Part shown: positions 1 to 8,896 of the stretch, piece after piece
How positions within the stretch are numbered: position 1 is the stretch's first letter
Layout of the letters: each line of letters starts with the position of its first letter
Source of the DNA: an uncultured Acidimicrobiia bacterium
GTDB lineage: Bacteria; Actinomycetota; Acidimicrobiia; Spongiisociales; JAENVV01
Length of the DNA stretch: 64,000 bases
Assembly (NCBI GenBank): GCA_963698385.1
Contig: CAVOQP010000010.1
Span: forward strand, 529,518 to 593,517
Direction of reading: 5' to 3'
Position numbers and translations under genes: made by a program
Notes under the pieces: generated by a model
Seen by the model: only the letters and a program-made list of their open reading frames with translations
Told to the model about the DNA's origin: nothing
The model's database searches: none

Positions 1-2050
1 GGGAGAGAAGCGCCCGGCTCAGGAGCCGGTCCGAACCCGTCGTCCGCGCGATCTCCACGGCACGCTCACCGTCCGCCTCCCCCGCATCATCCGCCTCCTC
101 GAACGACCTGGTGAACGACCTTCCGGAGAGCACCGCCACCTGGAGCTCCGGCGGGAGCCCCTCGAGGTGCGCAGACACGTCAGCGAAGAACTCCAGTGCG
201 AGCGACGTGTGGCCATGCGCGAACCAGAACCACCAGATGCCGGCGACGATGCGGGCCGCCACGAGATGGTCCCCGGCCTCCAGGGCCCAGGTGAGCGCCG
301 CCCTGAGGTTGTCGTGGTCGCGCTCCAAGCGGTCGAACCACGCGGCCTGTCCGGGACCCCGGGTGGCGTCGTGCGCCTCGTCCGCCACCGCCGCGAAGTA
401 GGCGGCGTGGCGCGCCCGCCACGTCTCGCCGGCCTTGGCGTCGGTGAGCTTCCCGAGGGCGTACTGGCGCAGGGTCTCGAGGAGTCCGAACCTCCCCGAC
501 TCGGAGCCGCCCTGCACCATCGACTTGTCCACCAAGGAGGCGAGCAGCTCGAAGACGTCGAGTTCGTCGACCCCGTCCCCGGATACGATCGCCTCGACCG
601 CCTCCAGCGAGAACCCGCCGCGGAACACCGCCAGCCGATCGAAGAGGAGACGCTCCGGCTCGGTGAGGAGTTGGTACGACCAATCGACGGTGGCGAGGAG
701 CGTCTGCTGCCGGGGAAGGGCCGTCCGGCTGCCGCCGGTCAGCAACCGGAAGGTGTCGGACAGACGATCGGCGATCTGGTCGGCCGTCAGCATGCGGGAG
801 CGGGCTGCCGCCAACTCGATTGCCAGGGGCATCCCGTCCAACCGCCGACAAATCGTGGCCACCGCCTGCTCGGTCTCCTTGTCCAGGACGAACCTCGAAT
901 TGGCAGCAGAGGCCCGCTCGGCGAAGAGCTCCATGGCGTCCGGGTAGGCACCGTCCCCGATCCCACCGTCGAACGACGACGGAAGGCCGAGGCTGGGCAC
1001 CTGGATGAGGTACTCACCCCGGATGCCGAGACCCTCCCGGGACGTCGTGAGGATCTTGAGGTGCGGACATCCGCGGAGCGCGCGATCGGCGAACTCGGCG
1101 GCCGCCGAGATCAGGTGCTCACAGTTGTCGAGGATCAGGAGCGCGGTGCGGGGCGCCAGGTAGTCGACGAGGACCTCCATCGTGGTGCGCTCGTCACCGC
1201 CGCCGGAGAGCCCCCCGGCCATCCCGGCCCGGGTCACGCCCAACTCCTCGGCCACCCATTGCGGGAACCCTGCTGCCTCGGCCAAGCCGGCCAGCTCCGC
1301 CACCCACACACCGCCGGGGAACTCGTCGAACACCTCGGCGGCCGTCTGCAAGGCCAGGCGGGTCTTGCCCGACCCCCCGACGCCGGTGAGGGTGACGAGG
1401 CGACTGTCCCGCAGGCGCTTCACCGTCTCGGTGAGCTCATCGTGCCGTCCCACGAACGAACTCAGCTCCGCCGGGAGGTTGTTGAGGTGGGTGTCGAGGG
1501 TGCGCAGCGCCGGGAAGTCGTCCCGCAGGTCATGGTGGCCGAGTTGATGGAGGTGCTCCGGCGTCCCGAGGTCCTTCAGACGGTGCTCGCCCAGCGACCG
1601 GAGGGAGACGCCGGTCGGGAGTCGCTGCGACAGGAGGTCGCGGGTGGCCTGGCTGACCAGCACCTGCCCGCCGTGCCCCGCCGAGAGGATGCGTGCGGTC
1701 CGATTGAGGGTGGGACCGAAGTAGTCGCCATCGCGCTCGTGGGCCACCCCGGCGTGGATGGCCATCCGGACGCGGACCTCACCTACGGCCCATGGTTCCG
1801 TCGACAGCGCCTTCTGGGCGTCGATCGCGGTGAGGGCGGCGTCGCGCGGATCGGAGAAGGCCGCGGCGAACGCGTCGCCGGCGGTGGTGAACACGTAGCC
1901 TCGGTTGAGGGCGATCTGTTCGCGCAGGATCTCGTCGTGGCGAGCGAGGACGCCCTCCATCCGATCCGGAGCCTCTTCCCAGAGCCGGGTGCTTCCCTCG
2001 ATGTCGGTGAACAGGAACGTCACTGTCCCCGTCGGCTGTGCACTCACCAT
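1..2050 (-). CDS. Adenylate/guanylate cyclase domain + AAA/NB-ARC ATPase + TPR large regulator (partial; runs off window start)
   Basis: Reverse-complement from 2050 reads MVSAQPTGTVTFLFTDIEGSTRLWEEAPDRMEGVLARHDEIL... then GVGGSGKTRLA P-loop. This frame has no stop down to position 1. It is paralogous to the 2605..5451 protein. The plus-strand ORF 167..2110 is its antisense shadow. Confidence 0.75.
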   Translation of the reverse strand, partial: MVSAQPTGTVTFLFTDIEGSTRLWEEAPDRMEGVLARHDEILREQIALNRGYVFTTAGDAFAAAFSDPRDAALTAIDAQKALSTEPWAVGEVRVRMAIHAGVAHERDGDYFGPTLNRTARILSAGHGGQVLVSQATRDLLSQRLPTGVSLRSLGEHRLKDLGTPEHLHQLGHHDLRDDFPALRTLDTHLNNLPAELSSFVGRHDELTETVKRLRDSRLVTLTGVGGSGKTRLALQTAAEVFDEFPGGVWVAELAGLAEAAGFPQWVAEELGVTRAGMAGGLSGGGDERTTMEVLVDYLAPRTALLILDNCEHLISAAAEFADRALRGCPHLKILTTSREGLGIRGEYLIQVPSLGLPSSFDGGIGDGAYPDAMELFAERASAANSRFVLDKETEQAVATICRRLDGMPLAIELAAARSRMLTADQIADRLSDTFRLLTGGSRTALPRQQTLLATVDWSYQLLTEPERLLFDRLAVFRGGFSLEAVEAIVSGDGVDELDVFELLASLVDKSMVQGGSESGRFGLLETLRQYALGKLTDAKAGETWRARHAAYFAAVADEAHDATRGPGQAAWFDRLERDHDNLRAALTWALEAGDHLVAARIVAGIWWFWFAHGHTSLALEFFADVSAHLEGLPPELQVAVLSGRSFTRSFEEADDAGEADGERAVEIARTTGSDRLLSRALLS

Positions 2051-2090
2051 CCGATGAGCGTACCGCCCGACTCCCCGATGCGCGAGGGGC

Positions 2091-2564
2091 ATGCGAGACT
2101 CGCCCCGTGACCTCCCAACCCCTCCCAATCGGCGCTTACCGGGTGACCGACCGACTGGCCGCGGGGCCCTTCCCGCGCGGGGTGGTCGAGCAGATCGAAG
2201 CCAGGCGGGAGCCCGTCACTTCGTCGACCTCACCGGACTCGGAAAATCCTACGAAGTGCTCCTCGCCGACGGAAGCAGCCGGGCGGCCTTCCCCATCGCT
2301 GACTTCTCGACGCCCACCAGCGAGCACATGGTCACGATCCTCGACGATATCGATCAGCACCTCGACGAGGGCGTCTACCTGCATTGTGGGGCAGGCATCG
2401 GGCGCACCGGGACCGTGGTCGGGTGCTGGCTGATCCGCCACGGCCTTGCCACCCGCGACGATTGGCAACAGGTGCTGGCCGGCCTACGGCCATCAGGCGC
2501 TCCCCCTTCCCCCGAGACTGCGGCCCAACGGGCATTCGTCTCGGCCTGGGAGCCCGGGCGCTGA
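2091..2564 (+). CDS. Protein-tyrosine / dual-specificity phosphatase with CX5R motif HCGAGIGRTG; probable frameshift, with the N-terminal part in another frame from about 2107
   Basis: Frame 0 carries VDLTGLGKSYEV...VYLHCGAGIGRTGTVVGCWL, the PTP/DSP signature. Frame +1 (2107..~2205) carries the typical DSP N-terminus PLPIGAYRVTDRLAAGPFPRGVVEQIEA. The frame 0 N-terminus is R/P-rich low-complexity. Confidence 0.6.
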   Translation: MRDSPRDLPTPPNRRLPGDRPTGRGALPARGGRADRSQAGARHFVDLTGLGKSYEVLLADGSSRAAFPIADFSTPTSEHMVTILDDIDQHLDEGVYLHCGAGIGRTGTVVGCWLIRHGLATRDDWQQVLAGLRPSGAPPSPETAAQRAFVSAWEPGR

Positions 2565-2604
2565 GGAGGCTCATTCGCTACGGTTCACCGACCGCGGAGG
2601 CCAC

Positions 2605-5451
2605 ATGTCCGATCGACCAACCGGCACCATCACGTTCCTCTTCACCGACGTTGAGGGCAGCACCAAGCTGTGGGACTCGTTCCCCGAGCACATGCGAGGG
2701 GCGCTTGCCCGCCACGACGAGATCTTGCGGCAGGCCATCGCCGAGCGGCAGGGTGTGGTTTTCTCCACCGCGGGCGACTCGTTCGCTGCCGCCTTCCACA
2801 CGCCGATGGACGGTGTGCTGGCGGCGGCTTCCGCTCAATTGGCCTTGGCCGCCGAGGACTGGGGTGGACCCACCATCCGGGTACGAATGGGTCTCCACTC
2901 CGGGAGCGCCCAGGAGCGGGACGGCGACTACTTCGGCCCCACCCTCAACCGCGCCGCCCGCATCATGTCGGCCGGCCACGGCGGACAAGTGCTCCTCTCG
3001 GAGGTCACCGCCGAGGTCGTGGCTCCCGACCCGCTCGTCCTCGACGACCTCGGGACCCACCACCTCAAGGACCTGAGCGAGCCCCAGCACCTCTTCGCTG
3101 TCCTCCACCCCGACCTCGAACGAGTCGAGGCCGCCCTCCGAACGGTTGACGTCCGCAGGGACAACCTCCCGGCCAACCTCACCACCTTCATCGGCCGTGA
3201 GGCCGAGCTGGCCGAACTCGCGGAATTGGTGGCAGAGCATCGTCTCGTCGTCCTCACGGGCGTCGGCGGCACCGGCAAGACCCGGCTCGCAACCGAGGCT
3301 GTCCGTACGCTCGCCTCCGACCATCCCGACGGCGTGTGGCTGGCCGAGTTGGCCCCCGTCACCAACCCGGCCTTCATCATGGCGACGATCGGGGACGTCT
3401 GGGGACTCCGGGCCGGGGAAGGCATGCCGATCGACGAGGTCGTCCTTCGCCACCTCTACGGGAAGAGCCTCATCCTCCTCATCGACAACTGTGAGCACCT
3501 CCTCGACGGGTCGGCTGCGGCGATTCGCTCGATCCTCGATGCATGTCCGACGGTTCGCATCGTCGCCACCTCGCGGGAGTCACTGGGGATCCGGGGCGAG
3601 GCGATCTTCCAGGTGCCATCGCTCGGGCTTCCCGATGGTGACCATGCCCTCGTCGACACGGAAGCCGGCCGCCTCTTCCTCGACCGGGCCGAGGCCGTCC
3701 GACCGGGATTCGAGCCGACCACCGAGGACCTGCGGGCAATCGAGCGGATCGTGACCCGGATCGACGGCATCCCGCTCGGCATCGAACTCGCCGCCGCCCG
3801 GCTCCGGAGTCTCTCCCCCGCCGACCTGGCGGATCGGCTCGAACACTCGTTTCGGATCCTCGCCGGTTCCTCGAAGACCGCCCTCCCCCGCCAGCGCACC
3901 CTGCAAGCGACCATCGACTGGTCCCACGACCTCCTCAAGCCGGAGGAGCGTGCGGTCTTCAGGCGCCTCGCCACCTTCATCGGCGGCTTCGACCTCCAGG
4001 CGGCCGAAGCGGTCGCTGTTGGTGATGACGTCGCCGACTTCGAGGTACTCGACCACCTCGATTCCCTCGTCGACAAGTCCCTGGTGCTCATCAACCACGA
4101 CACGTCGCGATACCGCATGCTCGAGCCGGTTCGTCAGTACGCCCAGGAGCAGCTCGCCGAGTCCCACGAAGCCTCGGCGAACCAGGACGCCCACGCCCGC
4201 TACTTCGCTGGGTTCGCAGCAACCGCCTCTCCCCACATCCGTGGCCCACGCCTCACGGAGTGGAACCGGCTGATCACGCGCGATTACGAGAACCTCCGGG
4301 CCGCCCTCACCACCTTCCTGGAAGCAGGCGAGTTCGACTCCTACATCCGATTGGCGCTCGACCTCTCCGAGTTCTGGATGCACACCTCCAAACAGATCGA
4401 GGCCATCGAGATGGCCGAGCAACTCTTCTCGGTCGCTACGCCCAAGACCGACCCGCTCCTCCTCATCAAGCTCCGTTGGGCGACGGCGATCAAGTCGGCC
4501 GAGATCACGCGACCGTCCGGGATCGACCACGCCCGGGCCGGGCTGGCGCTCGCCCATGACCTGGGCGACCCCAACGCGGTCGGCCGAATGGAACTCGCCC
4601 TCGGTGCCGCGATCCGCCACGCCACCACCGACCCCGAATACCTCGAGCACCTCCACGAGGGACGTCGTCTGCTCACCGAGCATCCCAAGCCTCACTGGGC
4701 CGAACCCGACTGGGACGCGGGCCTCATCCAACTTCTCCTGGCCGCCTACCTTCCGGGGGACGACGAACACCTCGAGTCGCACTTCCATGCTGCGCTCGAC
4801 CTTTTCGAGCGGACTGGCGACGAGGCCCTGCTCGCCGCCGCGCTTGCCGACACGCCGAGCCTCTGGGGCAGGGCGGACACGGAGTGGATCATGGGCAACC
4901 TGCGGAGGGCCGTCGAGATACTCGAGCGGGTCGAGGTCCCCTACTGGCTTGGCCATGCACTCCAGACGCTGGGCATCCTCACCCGACTCGAAGGGGACAA
5001 CGACGGGGCGATCGAGCCATTGGCCGCTGCGGCCACGCTGCTCCAGGACATGGGCGATCTCTCCTGTTGGGCGACCTCCAGCCGGGCCCTCGCCAGGGTC
5101 GAGACGGCTCTCGGCGCCACATCCGACGCGGCTCGGCGGGTGGCAGCGGTGATCGACCTCATGCCTGCACTCCCCATGCAGGAGGTCGCCATTCCGCGGA
5201 CACTCGACACGGCCGCCGAGGTGCTGGCCGCCAAGGGCGACCTGCACGCGGCGGCTCGCGTGCTCGGGAGGACGATGGGCATAGAGACGCCCCCATCGGT
5301 GATTCTCGACCGGGCTGCCGGTCTCGACAGCCTGCGGGAACGCCTCACCACCTCACTCGGTGACGGATTGGTGGAGCAGCTCATCGGCGACGGGAACACC
5401 ATGAGCACCGAGGATGCCCTCGAGCTGGCCCGGACGGCTCTTCGATCCTGA
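2605..5451 (+). CDS. Adenylate/guanylate cyclase (class III CHD) + AAA/NB-ARC ATPase + TPR regulator
   Basis: ATG at 2605 gives MSDRPTGTITFLFTDVEGSTKLW (cyclase domain), then GVGGTGKTRLA Walker A, then a TPR-like C-terminus of about 948 aa. The upstream part of ORF 2446 is non-coding. Confidence 0.85.
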   Translation: MSDRPTGTITFLFTDVEGSTKLWDSFPEHMRGALARHDEILRQAIAERQGVVFSTAGDSFAAAFHTPMDGVLAAASAQLALAAEDWGGPTIRVRMGLHSGSAQERDGDYFGPTLNRAARIMSAGHGGQVLLSEVTAEVVAPDPLVLDDLGTHHLKDLSEPQHLFAVLHPDLERVEAALRTVDVRRDNLPANLTTFIGREAELAELAELVAEHRLVVLTGVGGTGKTRLATEAVRTLASDHPDGVWLAELAPVTNPAFIMATIGDVWGLRAGEGMPIDEVVLRHLYGKSLILLIDNCEHLLDGSAAAIRSILDACPTVRIVATSRESLGIRGEAIFQVPSLGLPDGDHALVDTEAGRLFLDRAEAVRPGFEPTTEDLRAIERIVTRIDGIPLGIELAAARLRSLSPADLADRLEHSFRILAGSSKTALPRQRTLQATIDWSHDLLKPEERAVFRRLATFIGGFDLQAAEAVAVGDDVADFEVLDHLDSLVDKSLVLINHDTSRYRMLEPVRQYAQEQLAESHEASANQDAHARYFAGFAATASPHIRGPRLTEWNRLITRDYENLRAALTTFLEAGEFDSYIRLALDLSEFWMHTSKQIEAIEMAEQLFSVATPKTDPLLLIKLRWATAIKSAEITRPSGIDHARAGLALAHDLGDPNAVGRMELALGAAIRHATTDPEYLEHLHEGRRLLTEHPKPHWAEPDWDAGLIQLLLAAYLPGDDEHLESHFHAALDLFERTGDEALLAAALADTPSLWGRADTEWIMGNLRRAVEILERVEVPYWLGHALQTLGILTRLEGDNDGAIEPLAAAATLLQDMGDLSCWATSSRALARVETALGATSDAARRVAAVIDLMPALPMQEVAIPRTLDTAAEVLAAKGDLHAAARVLGRTMGIETPPSVILDRAAGLDSLRERLTTSLGDGLVEQLIGDGNTMSTEDALELARTALRS

Positions 5452-5515
5452 TCGTGGCCGTTGCCACCCACCGTGTGGCGTAGCGTTCCGGGAGAACGAT
5501 CAAGGAGAACAGGCC

Positions 5516-6412
5516 ATGCAACGGGGTGCTCGCACGGGTATCTCCCTCGCCCTCGGGACCGCCCTCATCAGTGGCGTCTCGATCCCCATCAACAAGGTCG
5601 CGGTCGGGGCGATCGACAATGTCACGCTCTTCACCACGGTCAAGAACTCGATCGTCGGACTCCTCCTGCTCTCGCTGCTCGTCGTCCGGCTGGGGAGCAT
5701 CGACCGGTCCTCGCTTGCGGCTCGGTCGTGGACAGGGCTGGGCCTCATCGCGGTCATCGGTGGGAGCGTTCCGTTCCTCCTTTTCTTCAAGGGCCTCGCC
5801 CTCGCCTCGGCACCGTCGGCGGCCCTCATCCACAAGACCCTGTTCCTGTGGGTGGCGATCGCAGCAGTCCCCCTCCTCGGGGAGAAGCTCGGCCGGTGGA
5901 CCTATGGGGGTCTCGCCGTGCTCGCCGTCGGGCAGCTCATCGTCGGTTGGCCAGGGGGTTGGGGTTGGGGCACCGGTGAGTGGATGATCCTCGGGGCGAC
6001 GCTCTTCTGGACGGCCGAGACGATCCTCATCAAGCGGCTCCTCCCGACCCTCCCGGTCACATTGGCCGCCACTGCCCGCATGGCCGGGGGTGCCGTCGTG
6101 ATGTGGGGGTGGCTGCTCGTCACCGGGCAGGCAGGCGGACTCACGGCGCTGGCAGCGGCTGACTGGGCCTGGATCCTCCTCACCGCGGTCCTGCTCTTCG
6201 GCTACGTCACCACCTGGTACGGGGCCCTCTCGATGGCGCCGGCGACCGTGGTCACCAGCGTCCTCACGCTGGGGGCGGTCGTGTCGGCCGTCATCTCCAC
6301 CGTGCAGGGAACGCTCCCGGCAACGCGTCCGGCGCTGGGCCTGGTGGTGATGGTGGTGGGTGCCGGGGTGGTGGCGGCGGGGGCACGCACCCGCAGGCCC
6401 ACCTCCGGCTGA
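5516..6412 (+). CDS. EamA/DMT-family transporter (10 TM)
   Basis: ATG at 5516 preceded by AAGGAGAAC. Hydrophobic repeats typical of the EamA duplication. Confidence 0.8.
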   Translation: MQRGARTGISLALGTALISGVSIPINKVAVGAIDNVTLFTTVKNSIVGLLLLSLLVVRLGSIDRSSLAARSWTGLGLIAVIGGSVPFLLFFKGLALASAPSAALIHKTLFLWVAIAAVPLLGEKLGRWTYGGLAVLAVGQLIVGWPGGWGWGTGEWMILGATLFWTAETILIKRLLPTLPVTLAATARMAGGAVVMWGWLLVTGQAGGLTALAAADWAWILLTAVLLFGYVTTWYGALSMAPATVVTSVLTLGAVVSAVISTVQGTLPATRPALGLVVMVVGAGVVAAGARTRRPTSG

Positions 6413-6423
6413 CGCAACCCCGT

Positions 6424-6459
6424 TGACATCTGGCGGCCTGGTCGTAGGATCGCCCGATG
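6424..6459 (+). promoter_or_regulatory. Candidate leaderless promoter: TTGACA (6424-6429), 15 nt, TAGGAT (6445-6450), CGCCCG, ATG
   Basis: Perfect -35 hexamer. The 17-mer CGTAGGATCGCCCGATG is shared with 18543..18559. Confidence 0.45.
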
Positions 6460-7098
6460 GCGGACTGCTGCCACAACGACTACCGGAAGGTCTTCCGCAC
6501 CGCGGAGGGATTCCGCGACCTCAAGCGGTATGAGAAGCGAGGCCTGCAAGGGTCCGAGGCGACGATCGCTCGGTTCGTCCGCGACCTGGCCATCCGCGAC
6601 GCGTCCCTCATCGAAGTGGGGGCAGGGGCGGGCACGCTCCATGTCGACCTCCTCACGACCGGGGCTGCCTCGGCGGTGGCCGTCGACATCTCCGCAGGAT
6701 GGAACCCCTCGGCGGCCACGCTCCTCGAGCGGAAGGATCTCTCCCGGCGGGTCAACCGGGTCGTGGGTGACTTCGTCGAGCAGTCCGACACCCTCGAGGC
6801 GGCGGACGTCGTCCTCCTTCACCGGGTCATCTGCTGCTACCCCGAGTGGATGGACCTCGTGGATGCCGCGGCCACGCATGCCAAGCGGGCCGTCGTGTTC
6901 ACCGTCCCCCGCGGGAACCTCCTGGCGCGCGTGGTGCTTCTCGGGTTCAATGCCTGGCTTCGTATCCAAGGCTGCGGATTCGAGTCGTTCCTCCATCCGA
7001 TCGACCAGATCCTCGACCGGTTCGCCACCCGAGGGTTCCGAGTGACCGGCGAGGACCCGACCCTGGCGTGGGTCACCTACCGGGTCGAACGCGGATAG
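6457..7098 (+). CDS. Class I SAM-dependent methyltransferase (small; BchM/ChlM-like layout)
   Basis: VGAGAGTL glycine-rich SAM motif, 213 aa. Confidence 0.7.
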   Translation: MADCCHNDYRKVFRTAEGFRDLKRYEKRGLQGSEATIARFVRDLAIRDASLIEVGAGAGTLHVDLLTTGAASAVAVDISAGWNPSAATLLERKDLSRRVNRVVGDFVEQSDTLEAADVVLLHRVICCYPEWMDLVDAAATHAKRAVVFTVPRGNLLARVVLLGFNAWLRIQGCGFESFLHPIDQILDRFATRGFRVTGEDPTLAWVTYRVERG

Positions 7099-7108
7099 CA
7101 GCCCGGGC

Positions 7109-8791
7109 TCAGGACCAGGGGTCGAGACCGAGGACCGCGGTCGGGACCGCCGGGCGGAGCGGGGCAACCGGGCCGATCCGCTCGTAGCCCGCCTCGGGCC
7201 GCGGGTCGACCTCTCCCTTGTTCGGCCAAAAGGACAGCGCACGCTCGGCCAGGGCAGTGATCGTGAGGGACGGGTTGGCGCCGAGATTGGCCCCGACCGC
7301 CGCTCCATCCACCACGTGGAGACCGGCGACCCCGTGGACCCGGTGGTAGCCATCGATGACGCCCGACCGAGCGTCGGGGGCGATGTTGGCCCCGCCGAGG
7401 ATGTGGGCAGTGGTGGGGATGTCGAGCAGCACCTCGTTGACGGCACTCCCGGGGAAGCCGCCCATGGTCTTGGCGGCCACCCGCGCCGCCTCGTTGGCCT
7501 CGGGGATGTAGGTGGGGTTGGGTGTGCCGTGGCCCTGTTCGCTCGTGAGCCGGCCTCGTCGCCCCTTGAGAAAGACCCGGAGGCTGTTGTCTCGGCTCTG
7601 CATGACGAGAAGGATCACCGTCCGCTCGGCCCAGTGCTTGAGTGAGAACGAGCGGAAGAACGTCACCGGCCGGCGGAGGACGGCGCCAAGGAATCGGACC
7701 TGTCGCGGAATCCTCCCGCCACCGTCGACGAGGATCGTCGCCAACAGGCCCATGACGCTGCTCCCGGCCGGGTAGCGGACCGGTTCGATGTGGGTGTCGG
7801 GCAGGGGGTGGATCGACGAGGTGATCGCCACCCCATGGGAGTAGTCAATCGTCGTGTCGAGGGCGGACGCCCCGAGCAACGCTTCGGAGTTGGTGAGCAC
7901 CCGGTGCCCCACCCTGTCGGACAGGCCCGGGAGTCTTCCACGGGCCGCGAGTTGGAGGAGGAGTCGGGTGGTGCCCAGGGCGCCGGCGGCGAGGATCACC
8001 TGCCCGGCCTCGAACGTGCGGCGCCGCTTGCGGATCCACGCCCCCGGACGCTCGGTGGTGATGCGGAATCGTCCATCGGGGAGGCGCTCGATGTCCGTGA
8101 CCTGATGCTCGGCGTGGACTGTCGCGCCGGCTCGTTCGGCCAGGTAGAGGTAGTTGCGGTCGAGGGTGTTCTTGGCGTTGAATCGGCACCCGACCATGCA
8201 ACCACCGCACGACGTGCAACCGGCCCGTGCCGGCCCGGCCCCCCCGAAGTACGGGTCGGGGACCGACATGCCGGGGGCGCCCAGGAACACACCGATCGGT
8301 GTGGGACGGAACGTGTCCTCGACCCCGAAGTGGGCAGCGATGGAGCGGAGGACGTCATCGGCCGGGGTGTCGCCCACGAACTCGGTGACGCCGAGCATGC
8401 GCCTCGCCATCGCGAACCAGGGGGCGAGTTCGGCCTTCCAGTCGGTCATCGAGGCCCAGGTGGCGTCCTGGTAGAAGGCGTCGTGCGGTTCGTAGAGCGT
8501 GTTGGCGTAGACGAGGGATCCGCCGCCGACCCCCGCGCCGCTGAGCACGAGGATGTCCTTGAGGAGGGTGAGGCGCTGGATACCGCGCAGGCCGAGGCGG
8601 GGGAACCACAGGAACTTGCGCAGGTTCCAGTTCGTCGTGGGGAAGTCGGAGGGGGCGTAACGCCGTCCGGCCTCGAGGACGCCGACCGTGTAGCCCTTCT
8701 CGGTGAGGCGGAGCGCGCTCACGCTCCCACCGAACCCACTCCCAACGATGACCACGTCGTACTGCACGTCGCCAGACGCTACCCCCACCAC
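7109..8791 (-). CDS. GMC-family FAD oxidoreductase, cholesterol-oxidase-like
   Basis: YDVVIVGSGFGGSVSALRLTEKGYTVGVLEAGRRY FAD-binding fold and GMC C-terminal motifs. The first 17 codons of ORF 7109..8842 lie inside repeat element A, so the start is moved to the GTG at 8791. Confidence 0.75.
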   Translation of the reverse strand: MVGVASGDVQYDVVIVGSGFGGSVSALRLTEKGYTVGVLEAGRRYAPSDFPTTNWNLRKFLWFPRLGLRGIQRLTLLKDILVLSGAGVGGGSLVYANTLYEPHDAFYQDATWASMTDWKAELAPWFAMARRMLGVTEFVGDTPADDVLRSIAAHFGVEDTFRPTPIGVFLGAPGMSVPDPYFGGAGPARAGCTSCGGCMVGCRFNAKNTLDRNYLYLAERAGATVHAEHQVTDIERLPDGRFRITTERPGAWIRKRRRTFEAGQVILAAGALGTTRLLLQLAARGRLPGLSDRVGHRVLTNSEALLGASALDTTIDYSHGVAITSSIHPLPDTHIEPVRYPAGSSVMGLLATILVDGGGRIPRQVRFLGAVLRRPVTFFRSFSLKHWAERTVILLVMQSRDNSLRVFLKGRRGRLTSEQGHGTPNPTYIPEANEAARVAAKTMGGFPGSAVNEVLLDIPTTAHILGGANIAPDARSGVIDGYHRVHGVAGLHVVDGAAVGANLGANPSLTITALAERALSFWPNKGEVDPRPEAGYERIGPVAPLRPAVPTAVLGLDPWS

Positions 8792-8810
8792 GCAAGACTC
8801 GAGCCGTGTG

Positions 8811-8896
8811 GACTCGAACCCAGGGTTCGAGACCACACCCATGGGCGTTCTCCGGGCCCGAGACCACCTGGAGGTGGTCTCGAACCCTGGGTTCGG
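8811..8896. repeat. Palindromic MITE/REP-like element, family 1, copy A
   Basis: TIRs CTCGAACCCAGGGTTCGAG / CTCGAACCCTGGGTTCGG flank an inner hairpin GACCACCTGGAGGTGGTC. The 40-nt core is identical to copy B. Confidence 0.7.

Noticed and set aside
167-2110. 647-aa plus-strand ORF
   Set aside because: Low-complexity R/G/P-rich translation. It is antisense to the real minus-strand cyclase/AAA/TPR gene, whose translation has clear cyclase and P-loop motifs. This is a typical high-GC open antisense frame.
2446-2604. TTG-initiated 5' extension of the 1001-aa regulator ORF
   Set aside because: It overlaps the phosphatase gene. The conserved cyclase N-terminus begins at the ATG at 2605.
8811-8896. 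Family 1 repeats considered as tRNA genes or tRNA-derived (GGTTCGA resembles a T-loop)
   Set aside because: No cloverleaf is possible: the GGTTCGAG is part of a perfect 19-bp DNA palindrome, with no anticodon or D-arm and no CCA context. The similarity to a T-loop is coincidental.
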